A stretch of 64,000 nucleotides of DNA from an uncultured Candidatus Rokubacteria bacterium (GTDB lineage Bacteria; Methylomirabilota; Methylomirabilia; Rokubacteriales; CSP1-6), in assembly GCA_963754315.1 (NCBI GenBank), contig CAVWFS010000001.1, positions 288,001 to 352,000 of the forward strand, given 5' to 3'. A model generated the notes under the pieces. That model was not told where the DNA came from. It worked only from the letters and a program-made list of their open reading frames with translations, and made no database searches. Positions 19,905-30,060 of this stretch are shown in pieces; within the stretch, counting starts at the first letter, position 1, and every line of letters starts with the position of its first letter. The position numbers and the translations under genes are program-made.

Positions 19905-21113
19905 ATGGTCATCTCACGCGCGTTGGTCCTGATGGCAGCCCTGGCCCTGGGGGCCGGGCCCGCCCTCGCCCAGATTTCCGACGGTGTCGTCAAGATCGGG
20001 GTTCTCAACGACCAGTCCAGCCTGTACGCGGACCTGGCCGGACAGGGATCGGTGGTGGCCGCCCGCATGGCGGTGGAGGATTTCGAGGCGGCCAAGAAGG
20101 GAATGAAGGTCGAGATCATCTTCGCCGACCACCAGAACAAGCCTGACGTGGGTTCTCAGATCGCGCGCCAGTGGTACGACGCCGACAAGGTGGACGTCAT
20201 CGTGGACGTGCCCAACTCGGGGGTGGCGCTGGCCGTCAACCAGATCACCAAGGAGAAGGGAAAGGCCTTCGTGGTGTCGAGCGCGGCGACCTCCGATCTC
20301 ACCGGCAAGGCCTGCTCCCCCAACACCGTGCACTGGACCTACGACACCTGGGCGCTCGCCAATGGCACCGGCAATGCCATCACCAAGACGGGCGGCGACA
20401 GCTGGTTCTTCATCACCGCGGATTACGCCTTCGGTCACGCGCTCGAGCGCGATACCGAGAACGTCGTCCTCAAGAGTGGCGGGAAGGTTTTAGGCAAGGT
20501 GCGCCACCCCCTCAACACCCAGGACTTCTCCTCCTTCCTCCTCCAGGCTCAGGCGTCCAAGGCCAAGATCGTGGGCCTGGCCAACGCGGGCGGCGACACC
20601 ACCAACGCCATCAAGCAGGGGGCGGAGTTTGGCATCGTGCGCGGCGGTCAGAACTTCGCGGGGCTTCTCGTTTTTCTCACCGACGTCCACGCCCTCGGCC
20701 TCGACAAGGCGCAGGGGCTGATCTTCACGGAGTCGTTCTACTGGGACATGAACGACAAGACGCGCGCCTTCGCCAAGCGCTTCGCCGAGCGCAACCGCCA
20801 GATCCATCCGACCATGATCCACGCCGGCGTGTACGCGGGTGTCCTGCACTACTTAAAGGCGGTGGAGGCGCTCAAGAGCGACGACGGGACCAAGGTCATC
20901 GCCAAGATGAAGGAGATGCCCACCGACGACCCGCTCTTTGGCAAGGGCACCATCCGTCCGGACGGCCGCAAGATTCACCCCATGTACCTGGTCGAGGTCA
21001 AGAAGCCGGCCGAGTCCAAGTACCCATGGGACTACTACAAGATTCGCGCGACCATCCCCGCCGACCAGGCCTTCCGCCCCCTCGACCAGGGTGACTGCCC
21101 CCTCGTAAAGTGA
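19905..21113 (+). CDS. LivK-like ABC substrate-binding protein
   Basis: Signal peptide; VKIGVLND, ADHQNKPD, TADYAFGH. Confidence 0.9.
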   Translation: MVISRALVLMAALALGAGPALAQISDGVVKIGVLNDQSSLYADLAGQGSVVAARMAVEDFEAAKKGMKVEIIFADHQNKPDVGSQIARQWYDADKVDVIVDVPNSGVALAVNQITKEKGKAFVVSSAATSDLTGKACSPNTVHWTYDTWALANGTGNAITKTGGDSWFFITADYAFGHALERDTENVVLKSGGKVLGKVRHPLNTQDFSSFLLQAQASKAKIVGLANAGGDTTNAIKQGAEFGIVRGGQNFAGLLVFLTDVHALGLDKAQGLIFTESFYWDMNDKTRAFAKRFAERNRQIHPTMIHAGVYAGVLHYLKAVEALKSDDGTKVIAKMKEMPTDDPLFGKGTIRPDGRKIHPMYLVEVKKPAESKYPWDYYKIRATIPADQAFRPLDQGDCPLVK

Positions 21114-21121
21114 AACGTGAA

Positions 21122-21362
21122 GCAACGCAGCCGGGCCGCCCTAGCCAAGCCAAGGCGCAGCCGCAACGGCACGCAGCCGGGCGCTCCTGGACCCGCCCAC
21201 CCACGCTTCAAGGCGGGCAGAGGCCGCTGACCACAAGCGGCACGCAGCCGGGGCGCCCCTGAACCCGCCCACCCACGCTTCAAGGCGGGCAGAGGCCGCT
21301 GACCACAAGCGCACGCAGCCGGGGCGCCCCTGAACCAGCCCACCCACGCTTCAAGGCGGGCA
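21122..21362. repeat. 71-bp tandem repeat, about 2.7 copies plus a degenerate partial
   Basis: gcacgcagccggg starts at 21169, 21240 and 21311; units share gcccacccacgcttcaaggcgggca; partial copy at 21122. Confidence 0.9.
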
Positions 21363-21376
21363 CACGCTCCTTTGCA

Positions 21377-22250
21377 ATGATCCCGAGCCAGGCGCTGTTC
21401 GGTCAACTGCTCATCGGGCTGATCAACGGTTCCTTCTACGCGCTCCTGAGCCTGGGACTCTCTGTCATCTTCGGCCTTCTCAACATCATCAACTTCGCCC
21501 ACGGCGCCCAGTACATGATGGGCGCGTTCGTCGCCTACTTCCTCTTACAGTGGGGAGGCCTCGGCTACTGGTGGGCACTCCTCGTGGCCCCGCTCGTGGT
21601 GGGCGCGGTCGGCATCCTGCTCGAGCGCACCATGCTCAAGCGTCTGTACACCCTGGACCACCTTTACGGTCTGCTGCTCACCTTCGGCTGCGCGCTCATC
21701 ATCCAGGGCCTGTTCCGTCACGAGTACGGATCGTCGGGCATCCCCTACGCCATGCCCGCTCAGCTCACGGGCGGCCAGAACCTCGGTTTCATGTTCCTGC
21801 CCAACTATCGGGCGTGGGTCATCGTCTTCTCGCTCACCGTGTGCCTCATCACCTGGTACGTGATCGAGCGCACAAAGCTCGGCTCCTATCTGAGGGCCGC
21901 CACCGAGAATCCCACCCTCGTGCAAGCGTTCGGCATCAACGTCCCCCGCATGATCACCCTCACCTATGGTTTCGGGGTAGCCCTGGCCGGTCTGGCCGGA
22001 GTGCTGGCGGCGCCCATCTACCAGGTGAATCCTCTGATGGGCGCCGACCTGATCATCGTCGTGTTCGCGGTGGTGGTTATCGGCGGGCTGGGCTCGATCA
22101 TGGGCTCGATCGTGACCGGATTCGCCCTGGGGCTTGGTCGAGGGACTCACCAAGGTCTTCTATCCCGAGGCGTCGAACACCGTGATCTTCGTGATCATGG
22201 CCCTCGTCCTCCTCGTGAAACCGGCGGGCCTCTTCGGGCGGACAGCGTGA
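21377..22250 (+). CDS. livH: Branched-chain amino acid ABC permease (apparent +1 frameshift near 22130)
   Basis: GLSVIFGLLNIINFAHG; corrected end GLVEGLTKVFYPEAS...KPAGLFGRTA-stop. Confidence 0.88.
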
Positions 22251-23233
22251 CGGCAACCGCGAAGCCCTATGTAGAGGCAGCGCCCGCCTCGCTGGCGGTC
22301 GCGACGTCCGTCCCCCGCCACCAGGTGCTTGCCTTCGTGGCCATGCTCGTTTTTTTCGGAGCGGCGCCGTACTTCGTCTATCCGGTGTTCCTCATGAAGG
22401 CGCTATGCTTCGCCCTCTTTGCCTGTGCCTTCAACCTCCTCATCGGCTACGTGGGCCTCCTGTCGTTCGGGCACGCGCTCTTCCTGGGCTCGGCCGGGTA
22501 CGCCACCGCGCACTCGGCCAAGGTGTGGGGGCTCCCGCCGGAGGCGGCCATTCTCTTCGGGGTGCTGGTGGCGTGCGGGCTGGGCGTGGCCATCGGAGCG
22601 CTCGCCATCCGCAGCCGGGGTATCTATTTCGCCAATATCACCCTGGCCTTCGCTCAGATGGTGTACTTCTTCTTCCTGCAGGCAAAATTCACCGGGGGAG
22701 AGGACGGGATCCAGGCCGTTCCACGCGGGACTCTGTTCGGGCTCTTCGACCTGCGCCAGACCATGCCGATGTACTTCACGGTGCTGGCCATCTTCCTGCT
22801 GGGCTTCCTCATCGTCTATCGGGCCATTCACTCTCCGTTCGGCCAGGTGCTCAAGGCCATCCGCGAGAACGAACCGCGCGCGGTGTCCCTCGGCTACCAG
22901 GCCGAGCACTACAAGCTGATCGCCTTCGTGCTCTCGGCCACGCTGGCCGGGCTGGCCGGTGGCACCAAGTCGATCGTGTTCCAGCTCGCCTCGCTCACCG
23001 ACGTGCACTGGACCATGTCCGGCGAGGTGGTGCTGATGACCCTGCTCGGGGGACTGGGAACCGTCTTCGGTCCCGTGGTGGGTGCGCTCGTGCTCATCAC
23101 GCTCGAGCACTATCTGGCCCAGCTGGGAGCGTGGTTTACCATCGTGCAAGGTGTGATCTTCGTCATCTGCGTTCTCACGTTCCGTCGGGGCATCGTCGGC
23201 GAGCTGGGACGCCTGCTGAAGAAACCTCTGTGA
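22247..23233 (+). CDS. livM: Branched-chain amino acid ABC permease
   Basis: NLLIGYVGLLSFGHA, TGGEDGI, SPFGQVLKAIRENE; GTGA overlap. Confidence 0.9.
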   Translation: MTATAKPYVEAAPASLAVATSVPRHQVLAFVAMLVFFGAAPYFVYPVFLMKALCFALFACAFNLLIGYVGLLSFGHALFLGSAGYATAHSAKVWGLPPEAAILFGVLVACGLGVAIGALAIRSRGIYFANITLAFAQMVYFFFLQAKFTGGEDGIQAVPRGTLFGLFDLRQTMPMYFTVLAIFLLGFLIVYRAIHSPFGQVLKAIRENEPRAVSLGYQAEHYKLIAFVLSATLAGLAGGTKSIVFQLASLTDVHWTMSGEVVLMTLLGGLGTVFGPVVGALVLITLEHYLAQLGAWFTIVQGVIFVICVLTFRRGIVGELGRLLKKPL

Positions 23234-24612
23234 AGCGTTTCTTTCACCTCGCCGAGCTCGGCACGACACTCCGCACGGAGGTCCGCGCGGGTCTGACCAC
23301 GTTCATGGTCATGGCCTACATCATCTTCGTGAATCCGATCATTCTGGGCTTTGTGGGCATCCCCGGCCTCGAGGGCAAGGGCCTGCCCTTCGCGGCGACC
23401 TTGACCGCGACCTGTCTCACGGCAGGCCTTCTTTCGATCGCCATGGGCCTGGCCAGCAACTACCCACTGGCCATGGCACCCGGGATGGGACTCAACGCGT
23501 TCGTCGCCTTCGAGCTGGTGGCGAGCCGGGGGCTCAGCTGGCCACAGGCGATGACCGTGGTCGTCATCGAGGGTCTCGTGATCCTGATCCTGGTGCTGAC
23601 CCGTTTCCGGGAAGCGGTGATGAATGCGGTGCCCATCGGCCTCAAGCGGGCCATCAGCGTCGGCATCGGTCTGTTCATTGCGTTCATTGGTTTCTTCACG
23701 GCAGGCTTCGTGGTGAAGCCGGCGGCAGGGCCGCTTCCGGTCGGGCTCGGGACGTTCGGCACCCTGCCGATGGTTGTGTTCGTGATCGGCTTCGTGCTGA
23801 CCGCCTGGCTCATGGCTCGCCGCGTGAAGGGAGCGCTCCTGGTGGGGATTGTGGCCACCACTGTGATCGCGATCGCCCTGAATCTCGCTTTTGCGGGCGG
23901 GAAAGGCTTCCCCACGCCGGGGGCGGCCCAGCTTCCGGCGGGCATCGTCCAGGTTCCCGACTTCTCCACCTTTGGCCGTCTCGATTTCTCGCTGGTGGCA
24001 AGGATGGGGGCTCTTGCCCTCACACTGCTGACCTTCTCGCTGATGCTCAGCGACTTCTTCGACACCATGGGGACCGTCATCGGCGTTGGCGGGGAGGGAC
24101 GATTCTTGACTCCCGACGGTCGTTTGCCGCGCATCAATCGGGTCTTGCTCGTCGACTCGCTCGGTGCCGTGTTCGGGGGCGTGGCCAACTCGAGCAGCAA
24201 CACGACGTACATCGAGAGCGCGGCCGGCGTGGCCGAGGGCGCCCGGACGGGACTGGCAGCCGTCGTCACCGGGGGCCTCTTCCTGCTCGCCATGTGGTTT
24301 TCGCCCCTGGCCGCCGTGATTCCCGCCCAGGCCACGGCCCCCGCCCTGATCATCGTCGGCTTTTACATGATGGGGATCGTGAGCGAGATCGCCTGGAGCG
24401 ATTACGAGGAAGCCATCCCGGCCTTCGTGACCATGCTCGTCATGCCCTTTACCTGGTCGATCAGCAACGGGATCGGCGCGGGTTTCGTGAGCTACGTGGC
24501 CATCAAGCTCCTCAATGGCAAGGGGGCGCGCGTCCACTGGATGATGCACCTGGTCGCGGCCGCCTTCGTGCTCTACTTCGCGGCCCCTCTCCTCGAGGGT
24601 CGACTGAAATAA
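23230..24612 (+). CDS. NCS2 family (AzgA-like) purine permease
   Basis: TEVRAGLTTFMVMAYIIFVNP, APGMGLNAF, DFFDTMGT, YIESAAGVAEGARTGL. Confidence 0.92.
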   Translation: MKRFFHLAELGTTLRTEVRAGLTTFMVMAYIIFVNPIILGFVGIPGLEGKGLPFAATLTATCLTAGLLSIAMGLASNYPLAMAPGMGLNAFVAFELVASRGLSWPQAMTVVVIEGLVILILVLTRFREAVMNAVPIGLKRAISVGIGLFIAFIGFFTAGFVVKPAAGPLPVGLGTFGTLPMVVFVIGFVLTAWLMARRVKGALLVGIVATTVIAIALNLAFAGGKGFPTPGAAQLPAGIVQVPDFSTFGRLDFSLVARMGALALTLLTFSLMLSDFFDTMGTVIGVGGEGRFLTPDGRLPRINRVLLVDSLGAVFGGVANSSSNTTYIESAAGVAEGARTGLAAVVTGGLFLLAMWFSPLAAVIPAQATAPALIIVGFYMMGIVSEIAWSDYEEAIPAFVTMLVMPFTWSISNGIGAGFVSYVAIKLLNGKGARVHWMMHLVAAAFVLYFAAPLLEGRLK

Positions 24613-24637
24613 CACCCGCACGGCGCCGCGCGTTCGC

Positions 24638-25471
24638 CTAGCGCACGGCGGCCCTGAGCGTGTCGACGCTCCCCCTGAAGAAGGTCACGTTGTGGAAGGC
24701 TTCCCGCACGATTGCCTCGGCGACCGCGCGCGCCTGGGTCGCGTTCTTGCCGAACACGATGATGCGCGTGTTGTGATCCTCCATGGGTAGCCGTCCGTCG
24801 TCCTTGGCGAGGGCGACTTCGCCGGTGTCCTTGCCAGGCCTGAGCCCGCTCGCCGGCAGATTGCGTGCACGGCGGAGGCTGCCCGCGGCAAACTCGGCGG
24901 CATCGCGCGCATCGAGGAAGACCGCGGTCTGGTCGGCTTCATGAACGTGCACAGCGGCCTCGAGCTGGATCTCGGCGACGCCGCCCAGAGCGCGCCAGAC
25001 GGGGATGCCGAGCTGGTAGCGGCGAACGTCAGTGAAGCCGGCGGCCAGGAGCTCGACGGCCAGCCGCTTGCTTTTTCCACAGTGGGGGCCGTTGCAGTAA
25101 AGAACAATGGGCGCGCTCTTGTTCCCCTTGAGGACCCGCTCGATCTCGGCCACGTCCGAGACGTACTGGGACATGGGCATGCCAGGCTTCGGCGCCACGT
25201 TCACCGCGCCGGGAATGTGTCCGATGGCGAACTCCTTGAAGGGGCGCGCGTCGAAGACGGTGACCCGACCATCGGTCAGGATCTGGCGCAGCTCGTCCGT
25301 GCTGACCTCCGCAGTTTTCTGGCCTGACTCGGCCAGTGTCGCACCGAAGATCGTGAGTGTCGTCTGCGCGTGGATCCCGCCCACCTCCTGCCAGGCCCCG
25401 AACGCCGTGATCACTGCGGTGGCGGCGCTGATCAATAGGATTGACCCAGTCATCCGTAACCCGTTGCCCAT
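24638..25471 (-). CDS. Exported tandem rhodanese-domain protein
   Basis: N-terminal hydrophobic leader; DARPFKEFAIGHIPGA, IVLYCNGPHCGKS; second domain LDARDAAEFAAGSL lacks the active Cys. Confidence 0.82.
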   Translation of the reverse strand: MGNGLRMTGSILLISAATAVITAFGAWQEVGGIHAQTTLTIFGATLAESGQKTAEVSTDELRQILTDGRVTVFDARPFKEFAIGHIPGAVNVAPKPGMPMSQYVSDVAEIERVLKGNKSAPIVLYCNGPHCGKSKRLAVELLAAGFTDVRRYQLGIPVWRALGGVAEIQLEAAVHVHEADQTAVFLDARDAAEFAAGSLRRARNLPASGLRPGKDTGEVALAKDDGRLPMEDHNTRIIVFGKNATQARAVAEAIVREAFHNVTFFRGSVDTLRAAVR

Positions 25472-25568
25472 ATCGCACCCCCTGGGTGGCCAGCGCTGGC
25501 GGCCTGCCGCGCGGGCCTGAACTGTCCCCACGATCGTGGGCCGCGACGGTGAAATGCTGGTGAACTTC

Positions 25569-27742
25569 TCAGGCGGAGTGGAAGCCCGACTGGCTCGCGC
25601 TGCGGGCTTCCTCGAAGAGCCGGGTCGTGGCAGGCTCGGGCTGGACCCCGAGCTCCCGGCGCAGAATGTGAGCGCACCGCTGGTAGAGAGCGAGGGCGGT
25701 ATCGCGATCGCCTTGTAGCAGGGCGCAACGCATCAGATGCCGATAGGCGGCCTCGCGCAGGGGGTCGAGGGCCAGCACTCGGTACATGATCTCCGAGGCC
25801 CGACGGTGGTTCCCGCGTGAGGCTTCCAGATGAGACAAGCTCGTGAGCGCCTCGACCTGACGGCTCCGCCAACTCTCTCGAGCAGTGGCCGTCCATTCTT
25901 CGTACCGGTCTTCCGGGTGAAGCAGATCGTCCCGGTAGAGATCGAGGGCAGCCTCAAGCGCGCTGACGGCGTCGCCGACCCACTTGGGCTTGCAGCGCCT
26001 CGGCGCGATGAAACGCCTCGGCGGCAGCCCCGCACTCACCGAGGTCGAGCAAGGCGAGGGCGCGGCCCGCATGAGCGGACGCCTGGTAGTAGACCGAGCC
26101 ATGCTCTTCACCGACCATCGCCGCTTCCGCAAACGCGTCGAGCGCGGCCGAGATGGGCCTGGCCGATCCCGTCCAGATGGCCAGCGACGAAGGCTAGGCG
26201 GGTGCCCTTCTCGAGCGCCTCCCGCGCCTCGGGGAGCCGGCCCGCGAGACGCCTGGACATCGAGAGAATCAAGTGCAGATCAGCCTCGAGGCTCGTCTCG
26301 ACCTTCTCGGGAAGGAGAGCCAGCGCTTCTTCGGCGGGGATGATGGCCTCGAGGAGGCGGCCCATGCTCGTCAACATGACCACCTCGCCGTGCACGCTGT
26401 GGGCCCAAAGGTTGGCGTCACGTCCCTTGCTGGCCGCTCTCGCACGGCGTGACCAGGCCAGAGCCTGCCCGTAGTCACCCACGAAGCGACACGACGAGGC
26501 GGCCGTCCGCAAGAGCCAGGGGTACCGATCGGCGATGTCATCAGGCAGACGACGGACCAGATCGCGGAAGGTATAGGCACGCTGGGCGGTGAGGCGCCCC
26601 GCGCGGAAGGGCAGGAGGACGCGGACGGCATCGTCGTACGCCCCCGCCGCGAGAAAGTGGCGGACGGCCTGATCGCCGACTCCCGCCAACTCGAGGTACC
26701 GTCCAGCCCGAACATGGAGCGCGGCAACGGGGCACGATTCGTCGCGCGACAGCCGGTCCTGCAGGAACTCGGCGAAGAGCTGATGATACCGATGGCGAGT
26801 ACCCGCCTCGTCGAGGCGGTAGGTGAAGAGATTCCGTCGCTCGAGCACCTCGAGCAATTCTGCCGCTCGGGGGGAGTCGCTGACGGCGGCGCACACACCA
26901 GCCGTCAGCTCCCACAGGATCGAGGTACGCAGGAGAAACTGGCGAAGGGGCGGCTCCAATGTCTCGAGGACTGCGCTCGCCAAGTAGTCGAAGATCTCGC
27001 GCGGCGTTCCGGCGAGGCCGAGGGCTCCGTGTCCGCGGCCGGCGAGCGCCGCCAGCTGGATGGCGGCCGGCCAGCCTTCGGTGCGCGTGGTGAGTAAGCG
27101 TGCCCGTTCGGCGTCGATGGCCAAACCGTGGTTCTCTTGGAGGAAGGCCATCGTCTCTTCAGCGGTGAAGGCGAGGTGCTCGCGGGAGAGGACTGTGGCG
27201 TCGGCCGTGAGCAGCAATCGTGGCAGTTCCTTGAGGGGCGGCCGCGTGCGCGAGGCAATGACCAGATGCACCCGGGCTGGCAGGTACACGAGAAGGTGGT
27301 CGACGAGCTCTACGGCGGCCGGTGTCGCGTCCAGCACGTGGAAGTCGTCAAGCACCACGACAGTCTCGTCGGGCAGCTCCTCCAGAGCTTGCTGGATCGC
27401 GCTCCGGAGCACGGCGTCGCTGGGGCCCCCGCTCAGGAGTTCCAGCGCCACTTCGCCGACGTTGCCAGCGACCTTCCTCAGGGCGAGCACGAGAGCCGCT
27501 CCGAACAGATTGGGGTCCGTGTCGCGCTCGTCTACCGTGAGCCAGGCGAAGGAGTAGTCGAGCAACTTCACGCCGGATAGCAGCAGGGCGGTCTTCCCGT
27601 AGCCAGCCTCGGCGGAGAGCACGACGAGCCTGCCCCGGATCCCCGCGCGGAGCATACCGATCAGCGGAAGCCGAGGCAGGAGCGAAACCCCCATGCGCGG
27701 AGGGCTAAGCTTGGCGGCAGGTAGGACGAATCGATCAGCCAT
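25569..27742 (-). pseudogene. MalT-like ATPase-TPR regulator with C-terminal BTAD domain, broken by two frame-shifting junctions
   Basis: SAEAGYGKT P-loop, LDDFH, TEGWPAA, RYHQLFAEFL; BTAD motifs ALDLYRDDLL, LDPLREAAYRHLM, ELGVQP; frame switches near 26150 and 25980. Confidence 0.8.
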
Positions 27743-27916
27743 CGTCGACCATCGAGCCTCTGAGAAGCGCTTATCACGCGGTGACGGCGGGGAGTCAAGC
27801 GGCACCTCACGGTGATCGCGAAGCGGTCACAGGGCGCGGCCCCGGACCCGCTAGTACGCGTGGGTGAGGGATCACGTGTTGCCCTGTAAGTAAGCGCCAT
27901 ACCGACTCAAAGTCGC

Positions 27917-27945
27917 TTGACAGCGGGGTGGTCGGCGGCTACACT
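27917..27945 (+). promoter_or_regulatory. Sigma70-type promoter for the acyl-CoA synthetase/ABC operon
   Basis: TTGACA (27917-27922), 17 nt, TACACT (27940-27945). Confidence 0.7.
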
Positions 27946-27988
27946 CTCGCAACTTCACCAACCCCCCGGGAGCGACGATGCAGAGTCC

Positions 27989-28051
27989 AGAGGACCCCGG
28001 GTTCCCCGGGGCGCTCCGAGCGAGGGGGGGTTTGGGGCCATTTCGAGGCCC
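27989..28051 (-). repeat. Single REP-like element of the same family as 46-232 and 11429-11586
   Basis: Reverse complement reads gggcctcgaaatggcccc...ctcggagcgccccggggaacccgggg. Confidence 0.7.
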
Positions 28052-28116
28052 TTTATCACACTGTCCCGCAGCGGCGCGGAGGCGATCGTGAACACATTGA
28101 CAGAGGGCGCCGGGTG

Positions 28117-30060
28117 ATGCTCGACCCCGCCGCGGACACCTTTCCCAAACTTGTCCGGAGGAATGCCGAGCGTTTCCCGCGCAAGATCGCCATCCGGGAA
28201 AAGGACCTGGGCATCTGGCAGTCGTACACCTGGCGTGAATACTTCGAGCAGAGCCGACGCATCGCCACCGGCCTGGCGTCGCTCGGTTTCGTGCGGGGCG
28301 ACAAGGTCGCCATCATCGGGGATAATCGGCCGCCGCTCTACTGGGCCACCATGGCGTGCCAGGCCCTGGGTGGCATCCCGGTTCCGATCTATCAGGACTC
28401 GATCGAGAAGGAGATGCAGTACATCGTCGACCACGCCGAGGTGCGCTTTGCCGTGGTCGAGGATCAAGAGCAAGTGGACAAGCTGCTCCAGGTCAAGGCG
28501 CGCGGCTCGCGTCTGGACTACCTCATCTATCACGATCCGCGCGGCATGCGGGGGTATGCCGAGCCCTTCCTGATGAGCCTGGACGAGGTGAGGGCGCGTG
28601 GGCGCACGTTCGAGACGGATCATCCGGCCTACCTCGACACCGAGATTGCCAAAGGGACGGCGGACGATACCGCGATCATTTGCTACACCTCGGGCACTAC
28701 CGGAATGCCCAAAGGGACGATGCTCTCCCACCGTAACCTGATCGTGACCGCTGAGAACGCGGGTCGGGCAGAGGGCTTGCGTGACGACGAGGAGATCCTC
28801 TCCTACCTGCCCATGGCATGGGTGGGCGACCACATCTTTTCCTATGCGCAGGCCATCATCGTGGGGTTCACCGCGAACTGTCCCGAGAGCCCCGCCACGG
28901 TGCTCCACGACCTGAAGGAGATCGGGCCGACCTACTTCTTCGCTCCTCCCCGGATCTGGGAGAACCTCCTCACCAGCGTCATGATCCGCATCGAGGACGC
29001 GGCCTGGCCCAAGCGGCGCCTCGTCAGCTTCTTCCTCGACCTCGCCCAGGGTCTCGAACGGCGCCGACTGGCGGGTCAGCCCGCAGTGGCGGCCTGGCGT
29101 CGGCTGTTGCTGCCCCTCGGCGAGGCCCTGGTGTACGGTCCGCTGCGGGATAATCTGGGCCTCAGGCGGATCCGACGGGCCTACACGGCTGGCGAGGCCA
29201 TAGGGCCCGAGATCTTCGTCTTCTTCCGGGCCATCGGCGTCAACATCAAGAACCTCTACGGGATGACCGAGGCCAGCGTGTTTCTCTCCATCCAGAAGGA
29301 CGGCGACGTGCGGCTGGACACGGTGGGGACGCCGATCCCCGAGGTGGAGCTTCGCCTCTCGGCTGACGGAGAGGTTCTCTACCGAAGCCCCGGCATCTTC
29401 CAGGGCTACTACAAGAACCCCGAGGCCACCCGTCAGGCCATCGAGGACGGGTGGGTGCACTCGGGAGACGCCGGCTTCATCGATCACCTTGGCCACCTGA
29501 GAATCATCGATCGGGCCCAGGACGTGAGCCGGCTCGCCGATGGCACGATGTTCGCCCCCAAGTATCTCGAAAACAAGCTCAAGTTCTCGCCATACGTCAA
29601 GGAAGCCGTGTGCATCGGTCAGGGTCGGCGGTTCGTGACCGCCCTCATCAATATCGATCTGGCGGCGGTGGGGAACTGGGCGGAGCGCCGGGGCGTTGCG
29701 TACACGAGCTACGCCGACCTCAGCCAAAAGCCCGAGGTCTACGACCTGGTGCGGGGGGAAGTCGAACGGGTCAATCGCGGGCTGCTCGAAGACGAGGTCC
29801 TGAGGGGGGCGCAGATTAGGAAGTTTCTCATTCTGCACAAGGAGCTCGATCCAGATGACGAGGAGATCACCCGCACACGCAAGGTGCGGCGAGGGTACAT
29901 CGCGCAGAAATACGCCCCGCTCATCGAAGCCCTTTACGGTGAGGACGACCACGTCGAGGTCGAGGCCCGTGTGACCTACGAGGACGGTCGGACAGGTCTG
30001 GTGCGGGCCGATGTCCGGATCGAGGACGTCACCGCCCGTGACCTCCTGGGGGTTCGGTGA
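28117..30060 (+). CDS. Long-chain acyl-CoA synthetase (AMP-binding), copy 1
   Basis: REKDLGIWQ, YTSGTTGMPKG, YGMTE, SGDAG, ITRTRKVRR. Confidence 0.92.
   Translation: MLDPAADTFPKLVRRNAERFPRKIAIREKDLGIWQSYTWREYFEQSRRIATGLASLGFVRGDKVAIIGDNRPPLYWATMACQALGGIPVPIYQDSIEKEMQYIVDHAEVRFAVVEDQEQVDKLLQVKARGSRLDYLIYHDPRGMRGYAEPFLMSLDEVRARGRTFETDHPAYLDTEIAKGTADDTAIICYTSGTTGMPKGTMLSHRNLIVTAENAGRAEGLRDDEEILSYLPMAWVGDHIFSYAQAIIVGFTANCPESPATVLHDLKEIGPTYFFAPPRIWENLLTSVMIRIEDAAWPKRRLVSFFLDLAQGLERRRLAGQPAVAAWRRLLLPLGEALVYGPLRDNLGLRRIRRAYTAGEAIGPEIFVFFRAIGVNIKNLYGMTEASVFLSIQKDGDVRLDTVGTPIPEVELRLSADGEVLYRSPGIFQGYYKNPEATRQAIEDGWVHSGDAGFIDHLGHLRIIDRAQDVSRLADGTMFAPKYLENKLKFSPYVKEAVCIGQGRRFVTALINIDLAAVGNWAERRGVAYTSYADLSQKPEVYDLVRGEVERVNRGLLEDEVLRGAQIRKFLILHKELDPDDEEITRTRKVRRGYIAQKYAPLIEALYGEDDHVEVEARVTYEDGRTGLVRADVRIEDVTARDLLGVR

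Noticed and set aside
21122..21362. CRISPR array
   Set aside because: Units are near-identical end to end with no unique spacers, and no cas genes are present
21377..23233. 618-aa LivH-LivM fusion
   Set aside because: The true LivH end (KPAGLFG-stop) is in the shifted frame with a GTGA overlap, and the apparent linker is out-of-frame sequence
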